A stretch of DNA of 63,881 nt, the filler included, from Octopus bimaculoides (Eukaryota), in the NCBI RefSeq assembly GCF_001194135.2. It is 7 parts of 7 records of this genome, joined end to end, with 100 filler letters (N's around TTAATTAATTAA, not from the genome) between each part and the next. Parts side by side here need not be neighbours in the genome. Positions count along the whole stretch, not along the records: positions 1 to 29,783 come from NC_068981.1; 6 more parts are not named here. One strand, given 5' to 3'. The notes below the pieces were generated by a model that worked only from the letters and a program-made list of their open reading frames with translations, was not told the DNA's origin and did not search any database. Shown here in pieces: positions 1-13,653 of the stretch (the first letter of the stretch is position 1; every line of letters begins with the position of its first letter). A program made the position numbers and the translations under genes.

Positions 1-439
1 TATATATATATATATATATATTTATACCAATTCCTTGCAAGCAATTTCAGAATGTTTCTTTAAAATATTAGATAAACAGGCGCAAATAATGTCATTTTAA
101 GTTGAACAGCGATTCTAACAACACTTGATGTGTTAGAGCGTCGTAAACATACGCTGATTATGACGATAATGAGGATGATGACGATGATGATCAAGATGAT
201 GATGACGACTGCGATGATGATGACGATAAGAACGAGTGTCGATGACATAGATGATAGCGTGCATGGGATACATGGGATACGTATGAACATACGCTTGTGC
301 ATAAGCATACATAAATATGGACAAATGTACAGTCGCATTTATATGCATAACTCAAGATGTTACAACACAGACACACATACACATGCACACAAGCACGCAC
401 ACATACATACATACATACATACATACATACGTACATACA

Positions 440-829
440 GTGGAGAAGCAACGGCCCAGTGGTTAGGGCAGCGGACTCGCGATCTTAGGATCACAGTTTC
501 GATTCCCAGACCGGGCGTTGTGAGTGTTTATTGAGCGAAAACACCTAAAAGCTCCACGTGGCTCCGGCAGGGGGTTGTGGTGAACCCTGCTGTACTCTTT
601 CACCACAACTTTCTCTCACTCTTACTTCCTGTTTCTGTTGTACCTGTATTTCAAAGGGCCAGCCTTGTCACACTGTGTCACGCTGAATCTCCTCGAGAAC
701 TATGTTAAGGGTACACGTGTCTGTGGAGTGCTCAGCCACTTGAACGTTAATTTCACGAGCTGGCTATTCTGTTGATTGGATCAACTAGAACCCTCGTCGT
801 CGTAACCGACGGAGTGCCACCACCACCAC
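440..829 (+). mobile_element. SINE family A, full-length copy (tRNA-derived head, ~390 bp)
   Basis: A-box-like CGGCCCAGTGG and B-box-like GTTTCGATTCC; near-identical to 7 other copies in the window; short CAC/CAA tail. Confidence 0.9.
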
Positions 830-1033
830 ATACATACCTGTGTGTGCGTGTGTACAAATGTAATTCCAAATGAGCTGTATTTTGCAGAAAATGAAGTAAA
901 TCTCGACCGCAGGGTCGCTGTGAAAACACTTGAGAAGATTAGGCTAAACCCTTTGAATACGGAACTCAATATTCTAAGCTGTTTTCACAGCTATCCTGCG
1001 TTCGAGATTTACTTTATTCTCTGTAAAATATAC

Positions 1034-1405
1034 CTGGGTTAATTCCCACAGCGTGGAACCTTGGGCAAGTGCCTTCTACTATAGCCTCGGACCGACCAAA
1101 GCCTTGTGAGTGGATTTGGTAGACAGAAACTGAAAGAAGGCTGTCGTATATATGTATCTATATGTGTGTGTGTGTGTGTGTGTATCTATGTGTATGTGTC
1201 TCTGTGCCTGTGTTTGTCTCCCCATCACCGCTTGACAACCGGTGTTGGTGTGTTCACGTCCTCGTAACTTAGCAATTCGGTGAAAGAAAACGCTAGGATT
1301 AAATCGTAAGTCCTGGGATCGATTTGTTCGACTAAAACCCTTCAAGGCGGCGCTCCAGCATAGTTGCAGTCAAATGGCTGAAACAAATAAACGAATAAAA
1401 GAACA
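1034..1405 (+). mobile_element. SINE family B, 5'-truncated, with internal (TG)n
   Basis: CCTTGGGCAAGT...GCCTTGTGAGTGGATTTGGTAGAC, then a microsatellite, then the CGCTTGACAACCG...GTCAAATGGCTGAAAC tail shared with many copies. Confidence 0.88.
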
Positions 1406-1417
1406 AGAGAATATATA

Positions 1418-1530
1418 TTTAGGGTGTCCATGAATTACCTTTACAATCTGAAAATTTCGGGAAAGAAAAAAAAACAAAAGCAAATAAGGATAAGTCAGCA
1501 GGGTTTACTGGAATGTAAATGAAGTTTTAT
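1418..1530. mobile_element. Possible Tc1/mariner-type terminus, interrupted by SINE A
   Basis: TAGGGTGTCCATGAATTACCTTTACAAT resembles the CAGGGTG TIR starts at 58502 and 62904; no partner TIR found. Confidence 0.35.
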
Positions 1531-2083
1531 TGTTGTTGTTGTTGGCACTCCGTCGCATACGACGTCGAGGGTTCCAGTTGATCCGATCAACGGAACAGCC
1601 TGCTCGTGAAATTAACAGGCAAGTGGCTGAGCACTCCACAGACACGTGTACCCTTAACGTAGTTCTCGGGGATATTCAGCGTGACACAGTGTGACAAGGC
1701 TGACCCTTTGAATTACAAGCACAACAGAAACAGGAAGAAAGAGTGAGAGAAAGTTGTGGTGAAAGAGTACAGCAAGGTTCGCCACCATCCCCTGCCGGAG
1801 CCTNNNNNNNNNNACCCTTAACGTAGTTCTCGGGGATATTCAGCGTGACACAGTGTGACAAGGCTGACCCTTTGAATTACAAGCACAACAGAAACAGGAA
1901 GAAAGAGTGAGAGAAAGTTGTGGTGAAAGAGTACAGCAAGGTTCGCCACCATCCCCTGCCGGAGCCTCGTGGAGCTTTAGGTGTTTTCACTCAATAAACA
2001 CTCGCAACGCCCAGTCTGGGAATCGAAACCGCGATCTTATGACCGCGAGTCCGCTGCCCTAACCACTGGGCCATTGCGCCTCC
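1531..2083 (-). mobile_element. SINE family A with 13-bp TSD
   Basis: Reverse complement of the family A consensus; AATGAAGTTTTAT at 1518-1530 and 2085-2097; about 150 bp duplicated across the 10-N gap (assembly overlap). Confidence 0.9.
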
Positions 2084-2497
2084 GAATGAAGTTTTATAAG
2101 AAACATCAAAACAAATCGACGCAACAGATCTACACGATGCAATACAATAAATTGTGGAAGCTGTAAAAATAATTTATGAACATCCGGTAAACATAACACA
2201 CTTTTTAATTCAAGAATTGCAGCTTTCAGGCTGTTTCTTCTAGATTGCAGTAAACGCAAGAAAAATTTCCCTATTTTTCAGTGTATAATATTTCATATTT
2301 TATATTAAAATTTCTCGAGCTGATTTCAGTTCTCCTGATATGAAGCATCGCATTTGGGCGGCAGCACTGCTCTAAACGATTAGTCGATTATATCGGCTCC
2401 TTCATTAATTTGTACGTCTGTTGCTTACGTGTATATACATATATGTATTATATGTGCATGCATGTGTGTATGTAAATGTATGTGCGTGTGTGTGTGT

Positions 2498-2536
<39 letters not shown>

Positions 2537-4052
2537 ATACACGCGCGCGCGCACAAGTACATACACACTCACACAGACACATACACACATTTATGTATGT
2601 TGGTAGGTAGGCTTCGAAAAGCCGTAGAAAGTAAACTCTTTCGCTTGCCAACTACTCCTTTTTTTAAAGATATTTTTGTTTTTGTTTTAAGATTCATCTC
2701 GTTTTGATCAAACCTACGTGAACCTTTCTTTTAAACCTGTCTAGTTTCTTTAGAAACCAATATTATGTTTCCATTGCAAGCATTTGAGTCAGATCTTCAG
2801 TTAGAGGACAAATTCCACTCTATCAGCGCCCTGAAAAGTTGGCTGCTTCCCAGAATAAGTGATAAACCAAAATAAGTAGAACAATTCTCTGTCGGTGTTA
2901 TCTTGACTCGCTGTTAGTTGTTGTGGAGGCACTTATTTATGTACTAGCGGTTGTAGATTTGTTCGTTTCATTTATTTATTTTTTTGATTTTGGTGACGGT
3001 ACTGGGTAAATGCTGAAGGTATTTATGATGCTGTTGCCAACACTGTTGATAGTACTGGTGAGTGTTGATGGCACTGAGTACCATAGTGGGACGAGTGAAG
3101 GTTGCGACGGTGACAACAGCGGCAATGCGGCAACTACGGCAGTGCGACAGTAGTGCCACGACGACAGCGGCACGGTGACGGTGGTGGTGGTGGTGGTGGT
3201 GGTNNNNNNNNNNNNNNNNNNNNNNNNNNNNNNNNNNNNNNNNNNNNNNNNNNNNNNNNNNNNNNNNNNNNNNNNNNNNNNNNNNNNNNNNNNNNNNNNN
3301 NNNNNNNNNNNNNNNNNNNNNNNNNNNNNNNNNNNNNNNNNNNNNNNNNNNNNNNNNNNNNNNNNNNNNNNNNNNNNNNNNNNNNNNNNNNNNNNNNNNG
3401 GCGGTGGTGGTGGTGGTCATCGAATTTATACTGATACAGGAGTAATGAGGTAAAGGTGTTGATGTCCATTTTGTTTGTGGTGGTCGTGCTGTAAAATGTG
3501 TGATTTTTGATAGTGCTATTAGCACTTGACTTATTGATTTTTAACCATTTATCAATTAGGGATGCAATTCAAGTGAGGATGTAGTAATTATAGAATATTA
3601 TAATTGATCAAAACATTTATCATCACTATGCGTGCATTAGAAAAGTCACTAAACGATTTAACACCGATGCTGTGCACTATTTCTAATATCCACTTCATAT
3701 TTATAGACGCCCAAACTGAAAGCGCTTGGAAATTATCACGTAATATTAGGGTGAGGTGCCAACTTTTCGCAATTTAACAGAATGTATACAAAATTAATAG
3801 CCTTAATCAAAACTAAGTACTTATTATTGAAGCAGGATTTGTGAAATGCCATACAAAAATATGCATTAAAATTGGGCGGATGTCCGGAAGTCTATGCTGC
3901 GCAGTTGCCTCACTCCTGTCCATCTGGACGTATGGGTGTATATGTCTATACATATGCGTATCTGTGGGTCAATTCACTGACTCTTGGATGGGACTAAAAC
4001 ATGGGATGTAATGGTGATAATGGTGAGAGGTTGGAGAGAGAANNNNNNNNNN

Positions 4053-4100
<48 letters not shown>

Positions 4101-4529
4101 TGGGAGAAAGGGAAAAGAGAGATAGATGGAAGAAAGAAATATATTTATGTCTTTGTATATGTATATATTTCCGCGTACGACAGCATCGACTGCTTTACCT
4201 GCAATGTTCATATTTCTGTTTGTATAATGGTTATAGATATATAACCTTTATACTATCACAGCAATAAACTGTCTGTTCTGATTAGATAGTTGGATAGGAT
4301 AAACATAAATACCTATACCTTTTTGAACGAGCTTTGCTTCACAAAAATTATTGGCGTACATCTTTTAAAACTCTACTTGACCGCAAATATATTTGTATGA
4401 AACGAACCACAGAACCAGCAATACCTGACACCATATAATATAGTAATTTTAGATATTCTTCTACTACTATAAGTCACAATACACATAAAGTAGCAATAAT
4501 TATTTTATTCCTCGTTCTCTTGTTCTCTT

Positions 4530-4563
<34 letters not shown>

Positions 4564-4700
4564 TGAAGACAGTGAGATTCCCAGTATTTATACTAGTAAA
4601 ACTCCTGTTTAAATAATAAAACTTCTGTGGAGTTTAATTTTTTTATGCGAGGCTGACCCTTCCTTATACCGCACAACTACTTGAAATTTCATCATCATTG

Positions 4701-4767
<67 letters not shown>

Positions 4768-5472
4768 NNNNNNNNNNNNNNNNNNNNNNNNNNNNNNNNN
4801 NNNNNNNNNNNNNNNNNNNNNNNNNNNNNNNNNNNNNNNNNNNNNNNNNNNNNNNNNNNNNNNNNNNNNNNNNNNNNNNNNNNNNNNNNNNNNNNNNNNN
4901 NNNNNNNNNNNNNNNNNNNNNNNNNNNNNNNNNNNNNNNNNNNNNNNNNNNNNNNNNNNNNNNNNNNNNNNNNNNNNNNNNNNNNNNNNNNNNNNNNNNN
5001 NNNNNNNNNNNNNNNNNNNNNNNNNNNNNNNNNNNNNNNNNNNNNNNNNNNNNNNNNNNNNNNNNNNNNNNNNNNNNNNNNNNNNNNNNNNNNNNNNNNN
5101 NNNNNNNNNNNNNNNNNNNNNNNNNNNNNNNNNNNNNNNNNNNNNNNNNNNNNNNNNNNNNNNNNNNNNNNNNNNNNNNNNNNNNNNNNNNNNNNNNNNN
5201 NNNNNNNNNNNNNNNNNNNNNNNNNNNNNNNNNNNNNNNNNNNNNNNNNNNNNNNNNNNNNNNNNNNNNNNNNNNNNNNNNNNNNNNNNNNNNNNNNNNN
5301 NNNNNNNNNNNNNNNNNNNNNNNNNNNNNNNNNNNNNNNNNNNNNNNNNNNNNNNNNNNNNNNNNNNNNNNNNNNNNNNNNNNNNNNNNNNNNNNNNNNN
5401 NNNNNNNNNNNNNNNNNNNNNNNNNNNNNNNNNNNNNNNNNNNNNNNNNNNNNNNNNNNNNNNNNNNNNNNN

Positions 5473-5721
5473 TTCAGCGTGACACAGTGTGTGACAAGGC
5501 CGACCCTTTGAATTACAGGCACAACAGAAACAGGACGTAAGAGTGAGAGAAAGTTGTGGTGAAAGAGTACAGCAGGGTTCGCTACCATCCCCTGCCGGAC
5601 CTTCGTGGAGCTTTAGGTGTTTTCGCTCAATAAACACTCACAACGCCCGGTTTGGGAATCGAAACTGCGATCCTACGACCGCGAGTCCGCTGCTCTAACC
5701 ACTGGGCCATTGCGCCTCCAC
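5473..5721 (-). mobile_element. SINE family A, 5' part (3' part lost in gap)
   Basis: Direct homology to family A; head ends TTGCGCCTCCAC. Confidence 0.88.
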
Positions 5722-6279
5722 ACAATGCATTACTAACGATGAAAAAATAATCCAATGATAATTCAACATATTTTTTGAAGAGGCATAAATGGCGTAAGAG
5801 TTACAGATGATCGAAACCAAACCATGCCATCCGTTCGGATTACAAGGAACTTGTCTCTTTCTCAACACTATAGTTGGGAATTATACTAAATAGTATCATA
5901 TATGTTTCAATTATAAAAGACCACGACGTTAAAGTAACGTGGAATTAAGGAAAAATTCAGATCTAAGGAATCAACAATAAATTATACAAGATACTTTCAA
6001 ATGAAACTTGCTAGTATTTTTATGTCATCAATTTCTACCATATTTATTCGGAATCATTACAAATTCTATAGCAGTAAATTTGTATATAATTATTTCAACC
6101 AAAGAATTTCTAATAACTTTAGTTTGCTCAGAAGCCAAGAATTAGCCAGGAATTCGCAGAACAAATAAATCAACGTTGAAATATAATCAGATATATATAT
6201 TTATATATGTATATATATGTCTGTCTGTGTATTTCTGTCTATATATGTGTGTGTGAATATATATATATATATGTGTGTG

Positions 6280-6349
<70 letters not shown>

Positions 6350-6770
6350 CAAATATATACAAATTCTCGTACACAGATATACGACCACGTCCACACACAC
6401 CTACACATCCACATATATATTTATAGCCATTAAGAAGAATACATTATAAAATGTACTTTAAATCTTGTTTCTCTACATTGTAAATTTTCAGTGAGACAGT
6501 ACCATTTATGCGAAAGATTTACTTTTTAATTCCTGATTAACCATTTAACTCTTGATAGACAAACTTTCTAAATATTTATTAAATGTTGAAAAAATCACCC
6601 CTTTATTAATTCATTTTCATTTTGTGATATTTTTAATAATTTTCTCATTACAGTTAAGAAGTTAGGCGTCTTTGGAATATTAAATAAGAAAATATGTGGC
6701 ATACAGCATTCAAGAAGCTACAGATAGAGCAAAATCTCTCATAGGATTTTTAAAAATAAGCGTATCCTAT

Positions 6771-7188
6771 GGCGCAGGAGTGGCTGTGTGGTACGGAGGT
6801 AGCTTGCCTACCAACCACATGGTTCCGGGTTCAGTCCCACTGCGTGGTACCTTGAGCAAGTGTCTTCTATTATAGCCTCGGGCCGACCAAAGCCTTGTGA
6901 GTGGATTTGGTAGACGGAAACTGAAAGAAGCCCGTCGTATATATGTCTATGTTTATATATGTATGTGTATGTGTGTTTGTGCTTGTCCCCCCCCCCCAAC
7001 ATCGCTTGACAAACGATGCTGGTGTGTTTACGTCCCCGTAACTTAGCGGTTCGGCAAAACGGGCCGATAGAATAAGTACTACGCTTACAAAGAATAAGTC
7101 CTGGGGTCGATTTGCTCCACTAAAGGTGGTGCTCCAGCATGGCCGCAGTGAAATGACTGAAACAAGTAAAAGAGTAAAAGAGTAAAAG
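6771..7188 (+). mobile_element. SINE family B, full-length
   Basis: GGCGCAGGAGTGGCTGTGTGGTA head, GGTTCAGTCCC B-box-like motif, internal TA/TG tract, (AAAAGAGT)n tail. Confidence 0.9.
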
Positions 7189-7404
7189 TGTATGCCTTTG
7201 AAACTGTCCTGTGTCATATATAATTTATACTGAAAATTGTTCGTTCCAGTTTCCATGTTGGTAAAATATTAAGTGATGTCTATCTAGATAAGACTATTGG
7301 AATGACATTGTACCGTATGCATTAAAAGCGTCTTTTAAGCTCCAACGCATCTATTTTTCGCATTAAACGAGAACTAACAACATTGTTACAATAAATATAT
7401 AATC

Positions 7405-7608
7405 CTTTCTACTATAGGCACAAGGCCTGGAAATTAATGGAAGTGGCTAGTCCATTACATCTACCCCGACTGACCCTTATTTTATAGACACCGAAATGAC
7501 GAAAGACAAAGTCGACCTTGGTGGTATTTAAACACAGAATATAAAGCCGGAAGAGATGCAGCGAGGCATTTTGTCCGGCATGCTAACGATTCTGCCGGCT
7601 CGACGTCT
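7405..7608 (-). mobile_element. SINE family C, diverged
   Basis: Homologous to 45936-46139 and 18087-18290 (GCTAACGATTCTGCC, AAAGTCGACC). Confidence 0.75.
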
Positions 7609-8107
7609 TATATGCATGCAATGAAAGACTACAGTCTAACTGAAGGGCTACTAGCTGGTATAGCAAAACTACTGTTACTGTAACGAACAATAAGCCTGGA
7701 AGGACTTGTACTCAATATTAAAAGGCAATGAAATTCATGTTACTTATGTACTGAATCTAACTTTGAATAATCTAGATCATCCTGATTTTTAAGTGATTTT
7801 GCCTAGGGCTCAGCATAGTAATGCTGATCATCAGTTTTAAATAAATGGATTCTGAGCTATTAAGTAAAGAAAATAAATTATGGGTCAGTTTCAGTAAATA
7901 AGTACCCCGTTATGCTAAGGTACTTAAACTCAAAAGAACAGGTGTTTTGTATTCGTAGTTCTTTACATTAAAAGCATCTATGCAATAAAATGGTTCTTTC
8001 TTAAAGGAAAATCAATTGAAATTTGTCTGAAAGATATAAAGGTAATGTACATAAATGTATATAACTATATTATATTAAAGAAAAGCAATCGGTTACTTTC
8101 TCTAAGT

Positions 8108-8478
8108 TTGTTGATGGTTAGCACTCCGTCGGTTACGACGACGAGGGTTCCAGTTGCTCGTGAAATTAACGTCCAAGTGGCTGAGCACTCCGCAAACGCG
8201 TGTACCCTTAACGTAGTTCTCGGGAGGATTCAGCGTGTCACAGAGTGTGACAAGGCTGGCCCCTTTGAAATACAGGCACAACAGAAACAGGAAGAAAGAG
8301 TGAGAGAAAGTTGTGGTGAAAGAGTACAACAGGGTTTGCTACCATCCCCTGCCGGAGCCTTGTGGAACTTTAGGTGTTTTCACTCAATAAACACTCACAA
8401 GGCCCGGTCTGGTAATCGAAACCGCGATCCTACGACTGTGAGTCCGCTGCCCTAACCACTGGGCCATTGCACCTGCAC
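8108..8478 (-). mobile_element. SINE family A
   Basis: Reverse complement of family A over its whole length. Confidence 0.9.
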
Positions 8479-9289
8479 ATGTTGATATTATTATCAAAGG
8501 TGTATAAATTCCGTATTCATGAATCATTTATAGCCCTTATGAAGTATATATAACTCTGAAGTTAATGTTGCCGAATACTTTCTATAAATGTTAAGAAAGA
8601 ACTGGTTTAATTAGTGAGATGTTGTCCTTAGCGCAGATGTTATCGATTCGTAAACCATTCTTAGTATTGTAATAGATACCGTAATTTCCAAGGCTGATAC
8701 AGAGAGCTGAAATAAATGATTTATGGCTATGTTTTTGAAGCTGTACCTCTCTCAATTAACAACCTGACAGTCTGAAGCTGTATCTTCCTCAATTAACAAG
8801 CTGACGTAATTAAATAAGCTTCTTCTTTCAGCAGAACAGAAAAATAAATGTAGATATACCTGAAAAATACTAAGTAACGTATTTTCTCTGAGAAAAGTCA
8901 TATTTCACTTCATCAAAATTTATTTTGTTTTTGTTGATAATAGAAGGAAGAAAATGGTAAGAGCAACAGTCAGCAGGATTAGATGCGTTACATGTGTTAT
9001 ATGCATTCGATTTTCATTTGAACATGAAGCAAAAACAAGTAATATACAGAAAAAAAAAACAGTATATCATAGTCTCATACATTATACATCATTAATCTTC
9101 AGTCAAATTAAAACTCTGAGTAGAATTTTATACAGTTAACAGTTTAATATATACTAATGAAATAGCTGAGAAAGATACGGTTCTGAACTACCAGTTCCTA
9201 AGTTTCCAGTTTAAATCCGTTAAAAGCACTTTGTTGTGTATTTGGCAATCATTATCAAAACTACATGTTACAGTTCACTTTATTTCGTG

Positions 9290-10235
9290 CAGTGGTTCTC
9301 AGCCATTTTTCCTTTCTTTTTATCTATGGACCCTTATGATTATTACTTTACTCTGGTGAACCCCCATAGCCATTCAATGTTCAAAAACTAGTTTTATACA
9401 AAACTTCTTTCAAAATTCCAATTTTGTTTATCACACGTTAAATTGTATAGGTTTGCAATAGTGCTCTCTGATCTCTGAGAGAACATGTTTCAGTGGCTGG
9501 AAACACGTTAAGCTATGTAAAATGTTAAAGAATGGAATTTAGCTGTTGCTTGCAATAAATACGTCTAAAACAAAGTATTTTTCATGGACCCTTTAAAATA
9601 ATATTGTCTTTCTTTCTTGCCTTTAACCCTCCAACGCGGAGTATAGGTCACTTATAATTGAGTTCCATGTCGCATAATTTTTCGCTTCTGTACTTATACT
9701 CTGCCATGAATGTCCCCATTTCTCTAGTTCCTTTTGTGTTGATCTACGCCACGAATTTTTACTCCTACCCCACTTTCTATATCCATCCGGATTCCACCGT
9801 AAAGCACTTTTTGCTACATTTGGTGTGTCCTTTCTAATTGTGCTACCAATCCACTTCCACTTTTTCTTAAATATTTGCTCCCTAATCGAAACTTGATTCG
9901 TTCTTTGCCATAACTGCATATTGCTTATGTGTTCGGGTCATCTGATTTTAAGTATGCTACGCAAGCACCTGTTGTAGGTTCTCAATTGTAGGTTCTCAAT
10001 TTACTATTTGCTTTTGTGGGCCCCAAAATCTAATATGGGCCCCCAAGCGTCATATGAACCCTGATTGACAATGAAATCTAGCTTTTGCTTGCAATAAATA
10101 CATCTAAAAGAAGATATTTTTCATGGACCATTTAAAATACTGCTGTAGATTCCCAATTTACTATTTTGCTTGTGTGGACCCCAAAATCTTACATGGACCC
10201 CCAGGCGTCATGTGGACGTTAGTTGTGAACCATTG
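9290..10235. mobile_element. hAT-like MITE containing an RTE insertion and a duplicated 3' half
   Basis: TIRs CAGTGGTTCTC / GTTGTGAACCATTG; degenerate 8-bp TSD ATTTCGTG / ATTTAGAG; recurring TGGACCCC motifs. Confidence 0.65.
9607..9975 (-). mobile_element. RTE-clade LINE 3' fragment (ORF C-terminus)
   Basis: RCLRSILKIR*PEHISN then LWQRTNQVSIREQIFKKKWKWIGSTIRK...ALRWNPDGYRKWGRSKNSWRR, matching the typical RTE C-terminus WKWIGHTLRK...ALxWNPxGKRKRGRP. Confidence 0.85.
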
Positions 10236-10494
10236 ATTTAGAGAATTTCATCCCCAGGTCTGTATGAAATGCCACTTGTGATAGAAACACTATCCAGGTA
10301 GATAATGCGCTTGTCCTTCCGTAATTATGTAATTTCGTGAAGCTAAAAACCAATCAACAAGTCTTTAATTTTATAATCAGGGATGATGATTCGTGTGTAC
10401 ATATGATATAGTCCATCTCACTGATATACTGTATTCAGGTTGGATCGTAAAACTGCCGAGTTACTTCCCAGAATAGAATAAATACCATTTGTTG

Positions 10495-10726
10495 TTGCTG
10501 TCGTTGACGATGATGATGATGGTGATGGTGACGGCGATGGTGATGATGACCATGATGAGGAGGAGGAGGAGGATAATAATGATGATGTTTATGGCGGTAG
10601 TCGTAGTGATGCTGATGGTGGTGGTTGTAGTGAAGCTGATGTTGTTGTTGTTGGTGGTGGTGATGATGGTGGTAGTTATGATGATGATGGTGACGACGAC
10701 GATGATGATGGCGATGATGGTGATGG

Positions 10727-10777
<51 letters not shown>

Positions 10778-10870
10778 CGACGACGATGATGATGTTGATG
10801 ATGATGAATATTATGATCATTGTCATTATCATCATCATGGCAGCAATACCCATGATGATGATGATAATGT
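10495..10870. repeat. Compound (GAT/GGT/GAC)n trinucleotide microsatellite
   Basis: Visible directly; source of the poly-His/Met/Ile ORFs in the track. Confidence 0.95.
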
Positions 10871-11069
10871 TGTATCAACGCAATTAAGGCGCCAACATAC
10901 ATAATATAATAAACCAAGAAATATAAATTTATTCAAATAAAATTACAAACTTTACATGATGTGTGAGAATATCGTTATGATTATGTAAATGACAAAATCA
11001 AGGCTAAAAAAAAACAGAGAACAAATATGGGAGAAAACCCTTAAATTTTAGTTAATATAAATTAAGTGT

Positions 11070-11541
11070 GCTTACCAACCACATGGTTCTAGGTTCAATC
11101 CCACAGCATGGAACCTTGGGCAAGTGTCTTCTACTATAGCCTCGGATCGAGCAAAGCCTTGTGAGTGGATTTGGTAGTCAGAAACTGAAAGAAGCCCGTC
11201 GTATATATATATATATATATATATANNNNNNNNNNNNNNNNNNNNNNNNNNNNNNNNNNNNNNNNNNNNNNNNNNNNNNNNNNNNNNNNNNNNNNNNNNN
11301 NNNNNNNNNNNNNNNNNNNNNNNNNNNNNNNNNNNNNNNNNNNNNNNNNNNNNNNNNNNNNNNNNNNNNNNNNNNNNNNNNNNNNNNNNNNNNNNNNNNN
11401 NNNNNNNNNNNNNNNNNNNNNNNNNNNNNNNNNNNNNNNNNNNNNNNNNNNNNNNNNNNNNNNNNNNNNNNNNNNNNNNNNNNNNNNNNNNNNNNNNNNN
11501 NNNNNNNNNNNNNNNNNNNNNNNNNNNNNNNNNNNNNNNNN

Positions 11542-11576
<35 letters not shown>

Positions 11577-11780
11577 ATATGTATATGTTTGTGTGTCTGT
11601 GTTTGTCTCCCCACCATCGCTTGACAACCGATATTGGTGTGTTTACGTCCCCGTAGCTTAGTGTTTCTGCAAAAAAAAGTACTAGGCTTACAAAGCATAA
11701 GTCCTTGGATCGATTTCTTCGAGTAAAGGCGCTGCTCCGACATGGCCGCAGTCAAACGTCTGAAACAAGTAAAAGAATAG
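11070..11780 (+). mobile_element. SINE family B with gap inside its internal (TA)n
   Basis: Left and right halves of family B flank a TA-bordered N gap. Confidence 0.88.
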
Positions 11781-12741
11781 AATGCAATATGGCGGTGCAG
11801 GCAAAAATACAAGTAGCCGACCACGTAGAATTAACAATCCATTGATCATTCAAGGTGAATCAACAAGATTAACAGTTATATAGTAGAAACAAATCAATAA
11901 ACTATATACCCATTACCACGCATTCTCAGTCCCACTCTTTCTAATATCATAATTAGCAAAAATAAATGATCTAATATCTCAATACATTCGCTTCCATTTT
12001 AAATATGTGCAAAAACAGAAATAGCAATTCTACTTAGCTTTCATGGCGTTCGTAAACATACGAGAAGTATTTGTGCATTACAACATTTGTGATAAACATC
12101 AGAGAACTGAGCAAGGCTTTGGGCTGGAGATTAATTTATAACCGTCAAAGCGCAGATGGAATACACATTTATTATCTATCTGGAAGCTATGAAAGAGATT
12201 TAAATCTAGTGTTGTTCATTTTTCATTTGATGCTGTATACTTCTTCAATTAGGATACATACATACATACATACATACATACATACATACATACATACATA
12301 CATACATACATGTTTGTGTATATGCAAGTGACGTATATGCGTATGCATGAATGTATGTCTATATACGTATATGTCTTGCTCGGGAAGTAATTTTAAACAT
12401 GAAATATATTGTAATATCATTTGTTAAATATTGTTCAAGTTATTATCAGAGAAGACTGTTGCTTTTTGAGATCAATCAAGTTACGTTTCTCTTCTTTCTT
12501 CCTCCACCTTTTCTCACTCTCTGTATACACCACACATACACACACTCAAACACGCACATACATACATACATACATATGTGTGTGCATGTGTGTGTGTTTA
12601 TGTGTTTATCTGTCTAATTATCTCTCTACTTCTCTCTGACAATGTGTGTCTCTATTTATATTTTAACTAATTATTATCCTCATGACTGTCTGAAGAGAAA
12701 AATGGCGGTAGAGGTAGTGATAGTGGTGGCAGTGGTGGTAG

Positions 12742-12772
<31 letters not shown>

Positions 12773-13122
12773 GGGTATCAGTTAGCTCAGTCTTTGTGTT
12801 TGATATGAAATTCCAGGAGTTAAATTTCTAATCACTTTTGAGAAGACATGAGAAGAGTAGAAAAGAGGTTTCATTAAGAAGCAAAACTGAAAACGAAAGA
12901 TAGCCTCTGAATGGTTGGTGTAGCGAGAGAGACAGGCAAGTCAAGTAACAAAACGGGAAAGTTATCATTGTCTCTATCATTATTTCTCTATTTCTCTCCC
13001 TCTTTTTCTCTCTCACGCTCTATCTATCTATCTATCTATCTATCTATCNNNNNNNNNNNNNNNNNNNNNNNNNNNNNNNNNNNNNNNNNNNNNNNNNNNN
13101 NNNNNNNNNNNNNNNNNNNNNN

Positions 13123-13162
<40 letters not shown>

Positions 13163-13596
13163 TGTCTCTTTCTTTAACTCCGTATCATTATGAATCATGA
13201 AAAGGAAGGATAGCTATGATAAATGTAGAATATTACAGCTGTGCATACGTAACTAATTTCATTAAATTACTTTTATCGAAATCGTTCACGGCATGATCAC
13301 AGGAAGTGGGAGTTAGTCTAGACATCAGCAACGACGCACTGCAACGACAATTGACTGCATCAGTAGCAGCTGAAGCAACGTAAACAACAACAACAACAAG
13401 TGATTCTTGCAGTAGTTGCAGCTGCAGCAACTTGACCAACAACAACATCACTAACATTAAGCAATAATAATTGCAACAATTACGTAACTACAAGTCTCAA
13501 TAACAACGACATTGGTAACGATCGTCTTATCTTACAAAGCCGTAAGACTGTAAAACGGCTAACGATTTTACGAGAAGTTGTGATATTCATCCTTTT

Positions 13597-13653
<57 letters not shown>

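Noticed and set aside
440-520. SINE heads as genuine tRNA genes
   Set aside because: No complete acceptor stem or terminator; each continues into a multi-copy SINE body.
1657-1967. Apparent tandem duplications at 10-N gaps (also 35225-35340 and 57415-57530)
   Set aside because: Identical sequence on both sides of a fixed-size gap indicates unmerged contig overlap, not biology.
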